A stretch of 58,599 nt of DNA, counting the filler, from Asterionella formosa (taxonomy: Eukaryota), in NCBI GenBank assembly GCA_002256025.1. It is 4 parts of 4 records of this genome, joined end to end, with 100 filler letters (N's around TTAATTAATTAA, not from the genome) between each part and the next. Parts side by side here need not be neighbours in the genome. Positions count along the whole stretch, not along the records: positions 44,042 to 58,599 come from NKIB01005921.1; 3 more parts are not named here. One strand, 5' to 3'. The stretch's first letter is position 1. Each line of letters starts with the position of its first letter. Positions 58,454 to 58,599 of the stretch are shown here, piece by piece. The notes under the pieces were generated by a model. The model searched no databases and was not told the DNA's origin. It worked only from the letters and a program-made list of their open reading frames with translations. A program made the translations under genes and the position numbers.

Positions 58454-58599
58454 GGCAATTCACAAACTAGCTATCGGCGCACTTTTCGCCACTACATTGC
58501 CCTTTCTGTTAACATTGAAAACCTATTTTACATGGTTTGTATGTTGGATGCGAACTAGCCAATTGCCCTTCAAATTGAACAAAAATTGTATATTTCATA

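Noticed and set aside
58268..58500. Assignment of the structured region as SRP RNA or U1
   Set aside because: No helix-8 motif or GNRA loops. CTTACCT lies at the wrong end for U1, and the U1 loop motifs are absent. Left unassigned pending Rfam.

Overview
Eukaryotic nuclear DNA, almost certainly a diatom. Support: short GT-AG introns of about 75-105 nt, an ASAF-type bipartite plastid presequence, a His-retaining chloroplast sensor kinase, a CoDi-type copia remnant and mitochondrial HslU. Compact gene islands alternate with AT-rich, visibly CpG-poor repeat debris, and there are five assembly gaps. Recognisable genes: DRG GTPase, DAG lipase, a head-to-head RPL15/RPL28 pair, tRNA-Ser(AGA), a prolyl 4-hydroxylase plus a partial pseudo-copy, HslU, MOG1, spermidine synthase, a DHHC acyltransferase, CSK and several secreted or membrane proteins. 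Most interesting observations: (1) a ~185-nt GC-rich branched rod-like RNA candidate at 58.27-58.45 kb that I could not match to a standard family by eye; (2) a GGTACCW palindromic micro-repeat recurring at gene-island borders; (3) a LEG1-family gene with an apparent C-terminal anchor; (4) a DHHC enzyme that has lost nearly all its zinc ligands; (5) a TM/F-box/cytochrome-b5 fusion; (6) a hidden 3-exon microprotein gene and two tandem sORFs sharing a motif; (7) a candidate intronic C/D snoRNA complementary to 18S rRNA; (8) a TIR family spanning 90-bp to >1-kb members, and ~400-bp inverted repeats bracketing 9.4 kb. All calls come from reading the sequence; no searches were run.
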